The translations under genes and the position numbers were made by a program. From Amoebidium appalachense (Eukaryota > Protista > Ichthyosporea): a DNA stretch of 64,000 nt. The stretch covers positions 6,004,708-6,068,707 of the forward strand of contig CAVNZM010000017.1 in the NCBI GenBank assembly GCA_963693365.1, written 5' to 3'. Positions 1 through 22,941 of this stretch are shown in pieces (position 1 is the stretch's first letter; every line of letters begins with the position of its first letter). The notes beneath the pieces are model-generated. The model had not been told where the DNA came from and did not search any database. It saw only the letters and a program-made list of their open reading frames with translations.

Positions 1-1
1 A

Positions 2-40
<39 letters not shown>
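1..40. repeat. (GCAC)n microsatellite in an intron
   Basis: acgc repeated ten times at the window start. Confidence 0.95.
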
Positions 41-42
<2 letters not shown>

Positions 43-241
43 GCCTACCACCCCTCTCCCCCCCTCCCTCGACTTGTGTCATCGTCAATCCCTCCCTCCC
101 TCCTCCTCTCCTCCCTCCTCCCTCCCCCTGAAACACGCACACGCACACACACACACACAAACAAACAAACAAACAAAGAAATCATCGTCACAAACATTTC
201 ACCAGCCCATCCAAGATGCAAGATAATAGAAAGACACACAC

Positions 242-11411
<11,170 letters not shown>

Positions 11412-11995
11412 GTTGCTCAACAAAGGAGGGAAGACTTGAAAAACGTGCTTGTGTTCAGCTTGCAAGGATAGCTTGCAAGGACAAAACCGGTTTTAGTTTT
11501 GTGTGTGCAATAAAGGTCACTTGAAAAGCAGTAAAGCACGTTATACGGTTTACTGTCAAAAGGTTACAACGACTAGAACTCGCCAGTTGTGCTCTAGACA
11601 CCTAACCAGCTCTAACTAAACTGAGTGAAATGAAGGCCGTGTTCGTTCTTTTATTCCCACGGCTGTTTGCTCTCCTTTGCGTCGAGAAATAGTGATGGTG
11701 GCGTTATGGAGACTGCGTTGAGACTCTGAATAATGATGATGGCTTTATGGAGACTGCGTTAATACTTCATGAATAGCGACGATGGCGTTGGTTTGGTCTC
11801 CACGCGTGGTTTTTTCCCCAGAACGGTGGTTCCAGCAGCTGGTTCCGCCAGGACTGGGTGCTCCATGAACCAATGAAATGCCTCGCCTGCAGAAAAATAT
11901 GATTGGTTGTAATATGGTCCAATCAGAATTTCAAAGCTGTTATGTATCTATTAATGGCCAGGGTTCGAAACTCTTCCCGGCCGAATCGGAACGCC

Positions 11996-12032
<37 letters not shown>

Positions 12033-12699
12033 CCCCCGGGGGGAAGCTTCTCATGACTTCGCAGGTCTCATCATATACGGGGCATACACCACCCACACAA
12101 GCTGCACACATATGTACGTGTCTCCCTGTCCCTGTAGAATGTTCAATGGCAGACCCTGACTACAGCGCCAGCCTAGCACATGTACATGTTGTCACACCAA
12201 ACACATTTATGCACACACCCACGCGCGCACACACACACACACACACAGACACACAGACACACACACACACACACATTCACACACACACAGCCGTGACACC
12301 ACATATGCATCATAGCCATGCATGGCCACATGAACATACAATGCATATGCATATGCCTGCACATACATATATCGGCCGGCCTTCACTTCAAAACTCCCCC
12401 CCCCCAGAAATCGAACCCCATTCCCCCCTCCTCCGCTGCCCACCGTTCCCTCCACCAGTGCTGCCCCTCCTTCTCCCCCACCGCCGCTCCGGCCCTCACC
12501 CCTCCCCCCCCCCCCCCTCTCATGCGGATCCCCCCCCTCCCCCCCCCCCCCCACTAGTACTGCCCCCCCCCCCCCCCCCCCCCCTTCCCCCCCAGGAAGG
12601 CCTAAACATGGAATGGATCTAGATGCTCAGAGTCGACGGCCACCAGGTGCAGGTGCCACGTGTATCACGATCAGTGGCACGCGTCTTAAATGGCAGGCA

Positions 12700-12900
12700 A
12701 TGCACACACTGTGCACCACTGTGTTCCGTTCAAAGACACACATGCACATACACACACAGCCGCGACACCACACATGGGACCTAGGCTAGTACACGTGCAC
12801 AGGCACATACTATCTCAGATCATGATAACTGTATTACAAACGTGCACATGCATCCACCCTGTACAATCACATGCTATGCACCCACCCACCCACACACACA

Positions 12901-12947
<47 letters not shown>

Positions 12948-13549
12948 ACACTGCACACACACACCATGTAAACGGCGCACGCACACACACACCGTGGCAC
13001 GTACACACACACACACACAAACACATACACACACACAAGAAACCGTTGGTACAAACACCCACACCCACACTGGCATGTACACACACATACACAGACACGC
13101 ACACCCTGCATACATACACACCACACTGCACACACACACACATACATTGTACATATATACACAGACACCATAACCGTTGACACAAAACACACACACACAT
13201 GCACACAATGTCATGCACACACACACACACAAACACACACACATACACACACACACGTGCACATGTGCACACATGCACACAACATGGACACACACACAAC
13301 GGATTACCACTGACACAAACACACACACCCACACCTGTACACATACACACAAACACACACACCGTGCATACATACCCACCACACACACACACACACAATT
13401 GCAAAGAAAAATACTCACTCACACACAAACACAAACACAACCCCCCAACGTGATTTTCTCCCCCCCCCTCCCCCCCCCCTCTCCGGATCCCCCCCCCCCC
13501 CAAACATTCGATTTCTGCCTGAGCTTCCCATGTTGCTGCCTCAACTCAC

Positions 13550-13594
<45 letters not shown>

Positions 13595-13620
13595 CTCCCC
13601 CTCCCCCTCCCCTCCCCCAG
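12700..13620. repeat. Degenerate (CA)n / poly-C low-complexity tract inside the hAT element
   Basis: Interrupted CA repeats and C homopolymers; source of spurious HT/CV ORFs. Confidence 0.9.
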
Positions 13621-13677
13621 AATTTTTAAATAAAAACAAGGGACACTACTTGACGGTTACTGGGTGCTGGTGTGTTG

Positions 13678-14645
13678 TCAGAGATACAATTTATTTGAAA
13701 GGGTTGGCAATATACACATTGTGCACCCTGCTCCAGTCAAAAGCCAGGAAATCTGCCAGAGCCTTCTTTTGGGCTGCTGCCTCGGCCACTGGGCCTTTTC
13801 CAGCTGCTCCTTGGCCCCTTCTACAGTCAACCCTTTCAGTTTGCCCTCTTTAACTAATTTCTTAGCCATTTCTTTCTGAATCTTAAGCTCAGCTTTCACG
13901 TGCTTCACATCTGCCTCTATATCCGGCCCATTCATGGCTATCATCATGATGAGCTGATTGTGCACTGTCTGTGTTGTCATACGTGCTGTGAGAGAAGTCT
14001 TAATGATATTCACACCAGAGAAGCCACGTTCACTTGTTGCATTACTAATTGGGATTATTCTCACAATGTTAACTTGCAACTCAAGTACAGCAGCACAATA
14101 TGATTGCAAAGTTTCTATCTTACAGAGATCAGCCCATGCCTCGTTCAGAGACCTATATCCAACAGGTACATTCTCTACTTTAACCTCAAGGAGATGCCGG
14201 TGCTCAAAGATAATTTGTTTGGCACTGCGCGTGGCCACTGATCTATCACATCTTTGGCGGCAAGTGGGGGTATATAATATGTTCCGCCCACTGTTTTAAC
14301 AGACCCATAGAACTCAGCGAGCACTCTAATCTTGTCGTTTCCGTATGCTTCTAGACTGCTTTTGGTAATGGGGAACTTCGATGGAACAAACACGTCCATA
14401 GCCTCAGTGCACTCGTCCGAGGGGAATCGGTTTTGCAAGTTATCAATGAGTGCTTGCACGTATTTGTACATGTGATCCGAGACAACCGAGTAAACATCCT
14501 GCATCGTTTGCATGGGAGGTATGTGCATCGGGTGTTCTTTGTACACTACTTTGTTCTGGGAAATGGTAGCCTTGCAAAACGTCATAAGGTTGGCACCCCC
14601 CTCCGTTCCGGACTTGGTATTGCGACCAAAATACTGTTTTTCGAG
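13678..14645 (-). pseudogene. hAT (ZNF862-like) transposase, C-terminal remnant with dimerisation domain
   Basis: LIDNLQNRFP...YGNDKIRVLAEFYG and IIPISNATSERGFSGVNIIKTSLTARM...MIAMNGP (hAT dimerisation motif with the ERxFS glutamate). Frameshift near 14230. Begins at an acceptor-like AG; no N-terminal BED finger or catalytic aspartates are present. Confidence 0.85.
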
Positions 14646-15459
14646 CTTCAAATAAAAGAAAATGTGTGCACGAAAAAATAAGGCCACGGACACAGTGACA
14701 CACACAGGAACTAGATACATATGCACACATCATATATACCCTCATATACACTGGCACTGCCGCACATATGTGTGAGAGGACGTGACCGTACGTATATACG
14801 TAGACAAAATGTATGTATATATTGTGCATTAATGCACTTCATATTTCCCTTTCATTCCTTCAAAGCTTCAACTGCCAACACCAGGAAGGCCTCTAATAAC
14901 CACAGGGGTTTTTGAGCATGCATTATAATTACAACTAGATGCAATATAGGCACAAATAAGCATGCCCTAGTTTACTGATGCGCGACGATTGCGATTTTTG
15001 GTGGGCCCGCTCCGACGGAGCTCCGATTTTCGAAGAGGTTTTCCGAAACGGGATTTCGACTTCCGTTAATGGGCTCCACCGTCCTTCAAACCCTGTTAAT
15101 GGTAGCTAAACCTCGGGTGTTCACACGCAAGGTTGTAATCAGTGCCCGTGTGGTCATGCAACCATCTGAACATGGCGTATTCGAATGTCCATGCACGTGG
15201 CATCATGCTGAGCCCTCCGGCGTGCGGGTGTCTACGGCAATATGGGACACTTAGTCCACTTTGTCCCATCTCTATCTGACACCTATTTAGTTTGACTTAC
15301 CTCCCGTGATTACGACAAAAAGCGTCGGGCATAATGACATGTGCATCATACCATGCATGCTGTTGCCGGTGTACATGTTGCTCGACGCGTGGAACGCGTA
15401 TTGTACGTGCATGTGTACGTGGTGTTGAAGACCATGGCGTGAGGCAAATATGTACAATG

Positions 15460-16225
15460 TGTTGGACATTGTGTTCATAGAAGCTAGTTCTAGTGCACGT
15501 TGTTCCTTCTGTAAGTCAGAAATGATTGCATCTTGTGAGGCCAACCTCTGCTCCAGTAGTTGGACTAGTTGCTGCAACTGTAAGTTGTCAGACATAGTGT
15601 CGTGTATGATGGGTAACTAGTCTATGTGTTTTGTGCACTGGAAACGACAGTAGAAAAGTGTAAATCAAACGTTCTGCTTCCCATGTTTGTGACATGGGAG
15701 GCACTGCTTTATATAGTCGTTGGCCACCTCATGGTGGCCTCGTGTGCACCCTGGTGGTGGGCCATGTACAGCATGGCCGAAAAGAGAGCACAATGAAAAC
15801 AAGTCGTTAAAGATATAAAAGTTAACTGTGCACGTTGAGTGGCTAGTTAACTTGCACTAAAGCACACAAATAAACGTGTTTAACACACCAATTGCAGTTA
15901 AACGTAAATCTTGCTTCACACAACTAAAAATATTCTGAGAATATCCGGGAATAAAGCACACTACCACTCTAAGAATAGAATCCTGTGGCAAATATAGACA
16001 TGACATCATCTGAACCGGGAATATTAATTAATGAGCACAATTAGCACGTTGCTAGTGAAGCTCGTCATTGGTACAGTTTTTGGCTCAAACATATAACTAC
16101 CATATATGAATATGACCGTAAACAAAAGCTCTATGCACTCGAGTGAGTGTTGAAACAGTTATTCAATTGCTCAGAAACTTTCTCTAACAGACATTGCTAG
16201 CCGGGAGTACCAGTGTACTCCAACA
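15460..16225 (-). repeat. 3' LTR of copia A1
   Basis: 766 bp, preceded by the PPT on the element strand. Confidence 0.96.
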
Positions 16226-16410
16226 CCCCTACTCAATTGGATAATTGTGGTATGAATTAATGCAACTGAGCTCGAGTGCTTCAGGTGCACAAAATACAGA
16301 CAATAAAGATTCCCCTACTCAATTTTAGTATGGTACACGTAGTTGCACAGTCGGATGCAACTCTCTCCCCCCCCTGAAGTATGAGGGCGCAGTTGGTTGA
16401 TGACGGGTGC

Positions 16411-19400
16411 TCAGCACATGTTGAGCATCCCCACGGCCTTGGTGAAGAAAGAGGCAGACAGGGCCTTGGTGAACATGTCGGCCTTGTTGTCAGCAGAAGC
16501 CACCGGGACCACAGTGATGTTGCCCAGCAGGTGATGTTCCTTGACGGAGCAGTAGCGGACGTCGATGTGCTTGGTCTTGGGCTTAACCCCCAGGGTGTCC
16601 AGCAGGGCCCGGGCAGACTCATTGTCCCCATGGATGGGCACCGGGGTGGGCTCATTGATAGGATTAAGGCCCAGGTCGTCCATCACATAGTTGAGCCATA
16701 GGGCCTCGTTCGTAGCAGCAGACATGGCCACAAATTCAGCCTCAGTGGAGCTGTGGGTGGTGATGGACTGGAGCCGAGACACCCAGGACACAGGGGAGGA
16801 GTTTATGAAGAAGACATAGCCCGTGGTGGAGCGCCGGGTGTCGCGGTCCTCGGCGTAGTCGGAGTCGGAGTAGCCAACAAGGTTGGGGGGGCCGGGACGG
16901 TAGACAATACCCAGGTCGATGGTGGCCAGCAGGTAGCTTACAACTCTGGTAGCCATAGTCCAGTGGGTGACGGTGGGCGCATGAATGTGTCGAGTAAGGA
17001 CTCCCAGAGCCTGGGAAATGTCGGGGCGGGTGGTACGCGCAATCCACAGCAGGGCACCGACCAGGCTGGCATAGTCCTCCTTCTTGCTGTAGGCTGGGGT
17101 CTTGTTGCTTTCACTGGCCTGGCCCGGGACGATGGGGGTCTTGGTGCCGGACATGTGGGTGAGACGAAAACGGGCAGCCAAGTCGATGATGTGTTGACGA
17201 TGGCCCAGACGCAGAGACCCGTCCTCCAGCCAGGTAAGAGTGTGCCCGATGAGCAGGGTAGGACGACCCAGGTCCTTGGCAGAGAAACGAGCATCCAGCT
17301 TGGTGAAAAAATCGTCGATGAGCGCATCAGTGGCGGCCGTCACGGTGAAGTCATCCACGTAGGCAGCAAGGGCAATAAATGTTGGGGTCCCGGCATTCTT
17401 GATGAACAGGCACGGGTCAGCAGCACTCACAATGAAGCCTTGGTCGAGGAGATGGTCACGGAGGGCCTCATACCACTGGCGCGGTGCCTGTTTTAGGCCG
17501 TAGAGCGCCTTGTGGAGCAAGCCGACAGCATGGGGGGCCGAGGGGTTGACGAAGCCAGGGGGCTGCTCAATGTAGATGGTCTCGTTGACGGTGCCGTTGA
17601 GGAATGCTGTGTTGACATCGATGTGGCGCAGAGGCAGACCTTGGGCCACGGAGGTAGCCAAAACCAGCCGGATGGTAGCCAGCGCAGCCACAGGTGACTC
17701 GGTGACGAAATAGTCCTGGCCAGGCTGCTGGTAGTTGCCCCGGGCCACAAGCCGGGCCTTGAAAGCAGTGACGTTGCCGACGTTGTCCTGCTTGACCGTA
17801 AAGACCCAGCCGACCGGAATGACAGTGGAGCCATCCTCTGGACGGGGCACAAGGGTGAAGGTGCCGTTGTCTTCCAGGGCCTTGAGCTCACGGTGTGCAG
17901 CCTCCTCCCATTTCAGACGCTGGGGACTCTTGAGTGCAGCCCGGACAGTCTTGGGGACAACAATGGTGGAAGCCTTGATGGGTGTTGATGCAGGAGCCGT
18001 AGCCTGGGGGGCAAGGGGGGCCGTAGCAGCAGCCACGTTGGCAGTCGGGCCTCGACGTTGGTCGTTGTACACAGCGCCACTACGGGTCGTCCGGGGGAGC
18101 CGATGTGCAGGCTCGGGCAGGATCGGAATGTCCAATTGATCACTCGGCGCTGTCCCATTGGCTGACAGACGAGACGAATCAGATTGCTGATCATTCCGGA
18201 CGATGTGATTGGCTGGCTGATTTGACGAATCAGATGACTCCAAAAAATGATGAATTGCCGGTGCGGTCGACCAATCAGATGGGACATCACGGAGGGGGTG
18301 CAGAATAGCAGCCTCGTCGAACTGCACGTCACGGCTGACGGTCATCTTGTGTGCTGCTGGAATCCAGACCTTGTAGCCCTTGATGTTAGGAGGGTAGCCC
18401 ACGAAGATGCCCTTGACGGCACGAGGCGCCAGTTTCGGTGTATCCTGTTGATGGACGTAGCAGGGAGAGCCCCAGACACGGAGCCGGCTGTAGTCGGGAG
18501 GAATGCCGGTCCACAGCAGGGCGGGAGACGATTGGCTGCCGGTGGCTCGCGACGGGAGCATGTTGCGTATAAAAGCCGCGGTCACAGCTGCCTCGGCCCA
18601 GAATCCCACCGGAAGGCCGGACTGCTGCAGGAGTGCCCGAACCATGTCGAGGAGGGTCCGGTTCAGTCGTTCGGCAGTCCCATTCTGTTGAGGAGAGCCG
18701 GTGGTAGTGATCTGATGGCGAATGCCATGCTCACGGTTGTAGTCCCCGAAGGCCGTGCCCATGTACTCGCCCCCCCGTCGGACTGAAACACCTGCATGGG
18801 AACACCGTGTTGGGTAACCGCCGCCTTGTGGTACGTCACATATGCAGCCAGTGTGTCCGACTTCTTGACGAGGGGCACGGCCGTGGTGTGGCCGGTGAAT
18901 TCGTCGTGGAACGTCGCCAAGTACTGAGCACCACCGATCGCGGGAGGGAAGGGGCCGCTGATGTCGCTGTGAACCTTGGCTAGGACCCGGGGAGCTTGGC
19001 TAGTTGATTCGGAGAAGGCAACACGGTGGGCTTTGCCGAGGGCACAGGGCTCACACACACCCGGAGACTTGGCACCGCCACCCACCAACAGGCCTGCAGA
19101 CTTGATGACCGAGCGTACAGCGTCAATGCCAGCATGGCCCAGACGGTAGTGCCACGTGTTGAGGTCGGCAGTAACCTTGAGGATACGCGGAGCAGTGGTG
19201 GTTTGGGCGTCCGGGGTTGTGTCCGCGCGCAGAAGAGACACCGCCATGTGGTACAGCTTGGTGCCGACAGCCGAGCCGGTGGCCAGAATTTGATCGCCGT
19301 AGCACAACTTAACGCCGCCGCGGGTGTCAAAGCGGGGTAAAACACCGTTGGTAGTTGCCGTGAACACACTGATGAGAGTGTCGGGGATGGAGGGCACGTA

Positions 19401-20707
19401 GAGTACATCCGTCAGCTGATGCACCGCAGTAACGCCGTCGATGGTGCTGGAAAAGAACACGTCGCCCACCCCAAGCACTGCACATGCACCCTTGTCGGCT
19501 ACTTGGACCGTGGAGTAAGGCGCCGCACGCATGTTGATGAACACATCGGGCCGGGGGCACACATGGTCAGTGGCTCCAGAGTCGAGGAGCACCTTGTTGG
19601 TGCCACAGTCGTTGCTAGACATGAGGAAAGCCCGGGGAGCGGCAGCCCCCCCTTGCACTGTGCCGTAGTGTGGGTAGTAGAGGCAGGGTGGTTGATGCAG
19701 GACCCAGGCGGGAGGGGACCACCCTTAGGTTTGCGGCCGTTGGCACGGTTGCCCCCCTTGCACATGGCGGTAGTGTGACTGGTAGACAGTGGGTGGTTGA
19801 CGCAGGAACCCTTGGGGTAGGTGCTGGCACGGTTGTTGCCAGAGTTGCTGTGTTGGCCGTTGCCGTTGGGGCACTGAGACTTGATGTGGCCTGGTTTGCC
19901 GCAGCCGTGGCAGATGACAGGTTGAGGAGCCCGTGTGGTGAAGGCGGCCGGCCCGGAGCTGGTAGTCACACGTGCACGTGGGTGGCTGGTCTCATATGCC
20001 CGTAGCTGTTGGAGGAGGCCCAACACGGTAGGCTTGGGTGTCATCTTGTAGGCAATTACAGGCATTTCGTAGTAAGGCACCTTGCCGAGGTCGTTGGTGA
20101 GCTTGGTCAGCACTTGAGCATCACCAATTTGTGTGCCGTAATCGGCCAGGCGCCGCACGTAGCCGCGGAGTTTCATGGCGTATTTCGTCGCGGTGTCCGT
20201 AGGTTCAGGCGTAGAATTCATGTACAGCCCGATAAGGTCGTACTGATTGGCCTCAGATTGCTCCAGGTAGTGGGCAGATAGGGCCGACCATATCTCCGCA
20301 GGTGTGGTGGTGCGTGTTAACCCTAGGATACAACGCACGTCAACCGAGAGTGCTTGCCACAGGTAGGAACGGGCAGTGTCGACCTGTTCACGGGTAGCCG
20401 GGTGCTCCGTACTGGGCGCGATGGTGTGGAGAAGACCAGCACCAGAAAGCTGGACATACATGGTTTCGGCCCATGTGTGGTAGTCCGTGCCTGAATCATT
20501 ATCAATGCCAGTGAAGAGAGGGATGTCGACCTTGAACTTGATGGAATCATTACGTGAGGGGCCCATAACCCTGTTGGACATTGTGTTCATAGAAGCTAGT
20601 TCTAGTGCACGTTGTTCCTTCTGTAAGTCAGAAATGATTGCATCTTGTGAGGCCAACCTCTGCTCCAGTAGTTGGACTAGTTGCTGCAACTGTAAGTTGT
20701 CAGACAT
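16411..20707 (-). CDS. gag-pol: Gag-Pol polyprotein of copia A1 (two apparent frameshifts, both in G homopolymers)
   Basis: CCHC knuckle CHGCGKPGHIKSQC; protease LLDSGAT; integrase WHYRLGH...CEPC, VHSD, QSDGGGEY, NGTAER; RT FKARLVARG, LYGLKQAPRQW, YVDD; RNase H YSDSDY, SSTEAEF, ADMFTKAL. The breaks near 19650 and 18775 are 7-G runs; sister copies have 8 G, which restores one frame. Confidence 0.93.
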
Positions 20708-21337
20708 AGTGTCGTGTATGATGGGTAACTAGTCTATGTGTTTTGTGCACTGGAAACGACAGTAGAAAAGTGTAAATCAAACGTTCTGCTTCCCATGTTT
20801 GTGACATGGGAGGCACTGCTTTATATAGTCGTTGGCCACCTCATGGTGGCCTCGTGTGCACCCTGGTGGTGGGCCATGTACAGCATGGCCGAAAAGAGAG
20901 CACAATGAAAACAAGTCGTTAAAGATATAAAAGTTAACTGTGCACGTTGAGTGGCTAGTTAACTTGCACTAAAGCACACAAATAAACGTGTTTAACACAC
21001 CAATTGCAGTTAAACGTAAATCTTGCTTCACACAACTAAAAATATTCTGAGAATATCCGGGAATAAAGCACACTACCACTCTAAGAATAGAATCCTGTGG
21101 CAAATATAGACATGACATCATCTGAACCGGGAATATTAATTAATGAGCACAATTAGCACGTTGCTAGTGAAGCTCGTCATTGGTACAGTTTTTGGCTCAA
21201 ACATATAACTACCATATATGAATATGACCGTAAACAAAAGCTCTATGCACTCGAGTGAGTGTTGAAACAGTTATTCAATTGCTCAGAAACTTTCTCTAAC
21301 AGACATTGCTAGCCGGGAGTACCAGTGTACTCCAACA
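20572..21337 (-). repeat. 5' LTR of copia A1
   Basis: 766 bp, followed by the PBS on the element strand; contains TATATAAA and the gag ATG. Confidence 0.96.
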
Positions 21338-22030
21338 CAATGGGCACGTGCACAGTAGCCGTTCACACGCATGCGCACGGTACCAGCTGGATGAATACGC
21401 CATGGTGCTGAGAGTCCCTCGACCCACCACCAGCACTCAAGGTGCACATTCCGGGGAACACGTGCACTCACCCAATCAACTCAGACGTATGTAGTATGTA
21501 CAAACAAACTTGACCCGCGCGTGGACATGCGTACACGCGGCACACAAGACAAACACACGCACGCGTGCACGTACACACGCATGCACGTTTTCACACGCCA
21601 GCCTCAGGACACAATTTCATGCACACCATTTGACAATGTCGAGAATTGCAACCACACAGTCCACAAAACACACGCACACACACTCGCATGTACATGCATG
21701 TACACACACACACACACACACACACACAGGCACACACACACACGCGTGCACACCAGGGAATAGAAGCCCCTCACCTCCCCCCCCCCCCCCCCCCCCCCCC
21801 CCCAACTCCCCCACTCCCCCCACCCCACCCCACCCCGTCCCACCCCTTCTTCCGCCTGCTCCCTCGTCCCCCCTCCCCCCTCCCCCCCTTCTCCCCCTCC
21901 CTCCGCCCCTCCCCCCCTCCCTTGACGACATATACCCAGACAAACAGTACACAACCCGCCCACACTACACAACAAAATGTTCGACACACACACAGAGAGA
22001 CACACACATACAGACACACACACACACACA

Positions 22031-22076
<46 letters not shown>

Positions 22077-22171
22077 GGGGGAGGGAAGGAGGGAGAGGGG
22101 GAGGAGGGGAGAGAGAAAGAGAGAGAGAGAGACTGGCACACACAAACACCACGGACACACACACAAACTTT

Positions 22172-22941
22172 TGTTGGAGTACACTGGTACTCCCGGCTAG
22201 CAATGTCTGTTAAAGAAAGTTTCTGAGCAATTGAATATTTGTTTCAACACTCACTCGAGTGCATAGAGCTTTTGTTTACGGTCATATTCATATATGGTAG
22301 TTATATGTTTGAGCCAAAACTGTACCAATGACGAGCTTCACTAGCAACGTGCTAATAATTGTGCTCATTAATTAATATTCCCGGTTCAGATGATGTCATG
22401 TCTATATTTGCCACAGGATTCTATTCTTAGAGTGGTAGTGTGCTTTATTCCCGGATATTCTCAGAATATTTTTTAGTTGTGTGAAGTAAGATTTACGTTT
22501 AACTGCAATTGGTGTGTTAAACACGTTTATTTGTGTGCTTTAGTGCAAGCTAACTAGCCACTCAAACGTGCACAGTTAACTTTTATATCTTTAACGACTT
22601 GTTTTCATTGTGCTCTCTTTTCGGCCATGCTGTACATGGCCCACCACCAGGGTGCACACGAGGCCACCATGAGGTGGCCAACGACTATATAAAGCAGTGC
22701 CTCCCATGTCACAAACATGGGAAGCAGAACGTTTGATTTACACTTTTCTACTGTCGTTTTCAGTGCACAAAACACATAGACTAGTTACCCATCATACACG
22801 ACACTATGTCTGACAACTTACAGTTGCAGCAACTAGTCCAACTACTGGAGCAGAGGTTGGCCTCACAAGATGCAATCATTTCTGACTTACAGAAGGAACA
22901 ACGTGCACTAGAACTAGCTTCTATGAACACAATGTCCAACA
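22172..22941 (+). repeat. 5' LTR of copia A2
   Basis: Near-identical to the A1 LTR; followed by PBS GGGTTATGGGCCC. Confidence 0.96.

Larger units (their letters stand above)
11959..15095 (-). mobile_element. Non-autonomous (internally deleted) hAT DNA transposon
   Basis: Terminal inverted repeats CAGGGTTCGAA (11959) and TTCAAACCCTG (ends 15095), 10/11 match. 8-bp target duplication TTAATGGC (11951-11958) / TTAATGGT (15096-15103), 7/8 match. Contains a transposase remnant. Confidence 0.88.
15460..21337 (-). mobile_element. Ty1/copia LTR retrotransposon family A, copy A1 (full length, young)
   Basis: Two 766-bp LTRs (TGTTGG...CCAACA) with no difference seen by eye. 5-bp TSD CAATG (15455-15459 / 21338-21342). 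PBS GGGTTATGGGCCC; PPT GAGTAGGGG; domain order PR-IN-RT-RH. Confidence 0.97.

Noticed and set aside
18663-19660. Programmed ribosomal frameshifts in copia A (and in copia B near 31930)
   Set aside because: The breaks are in G or C homopolymers whose length differs among copies; the 8-G version of A gives one continuous ORF. Sequencing error or slippage mutation is more likely.
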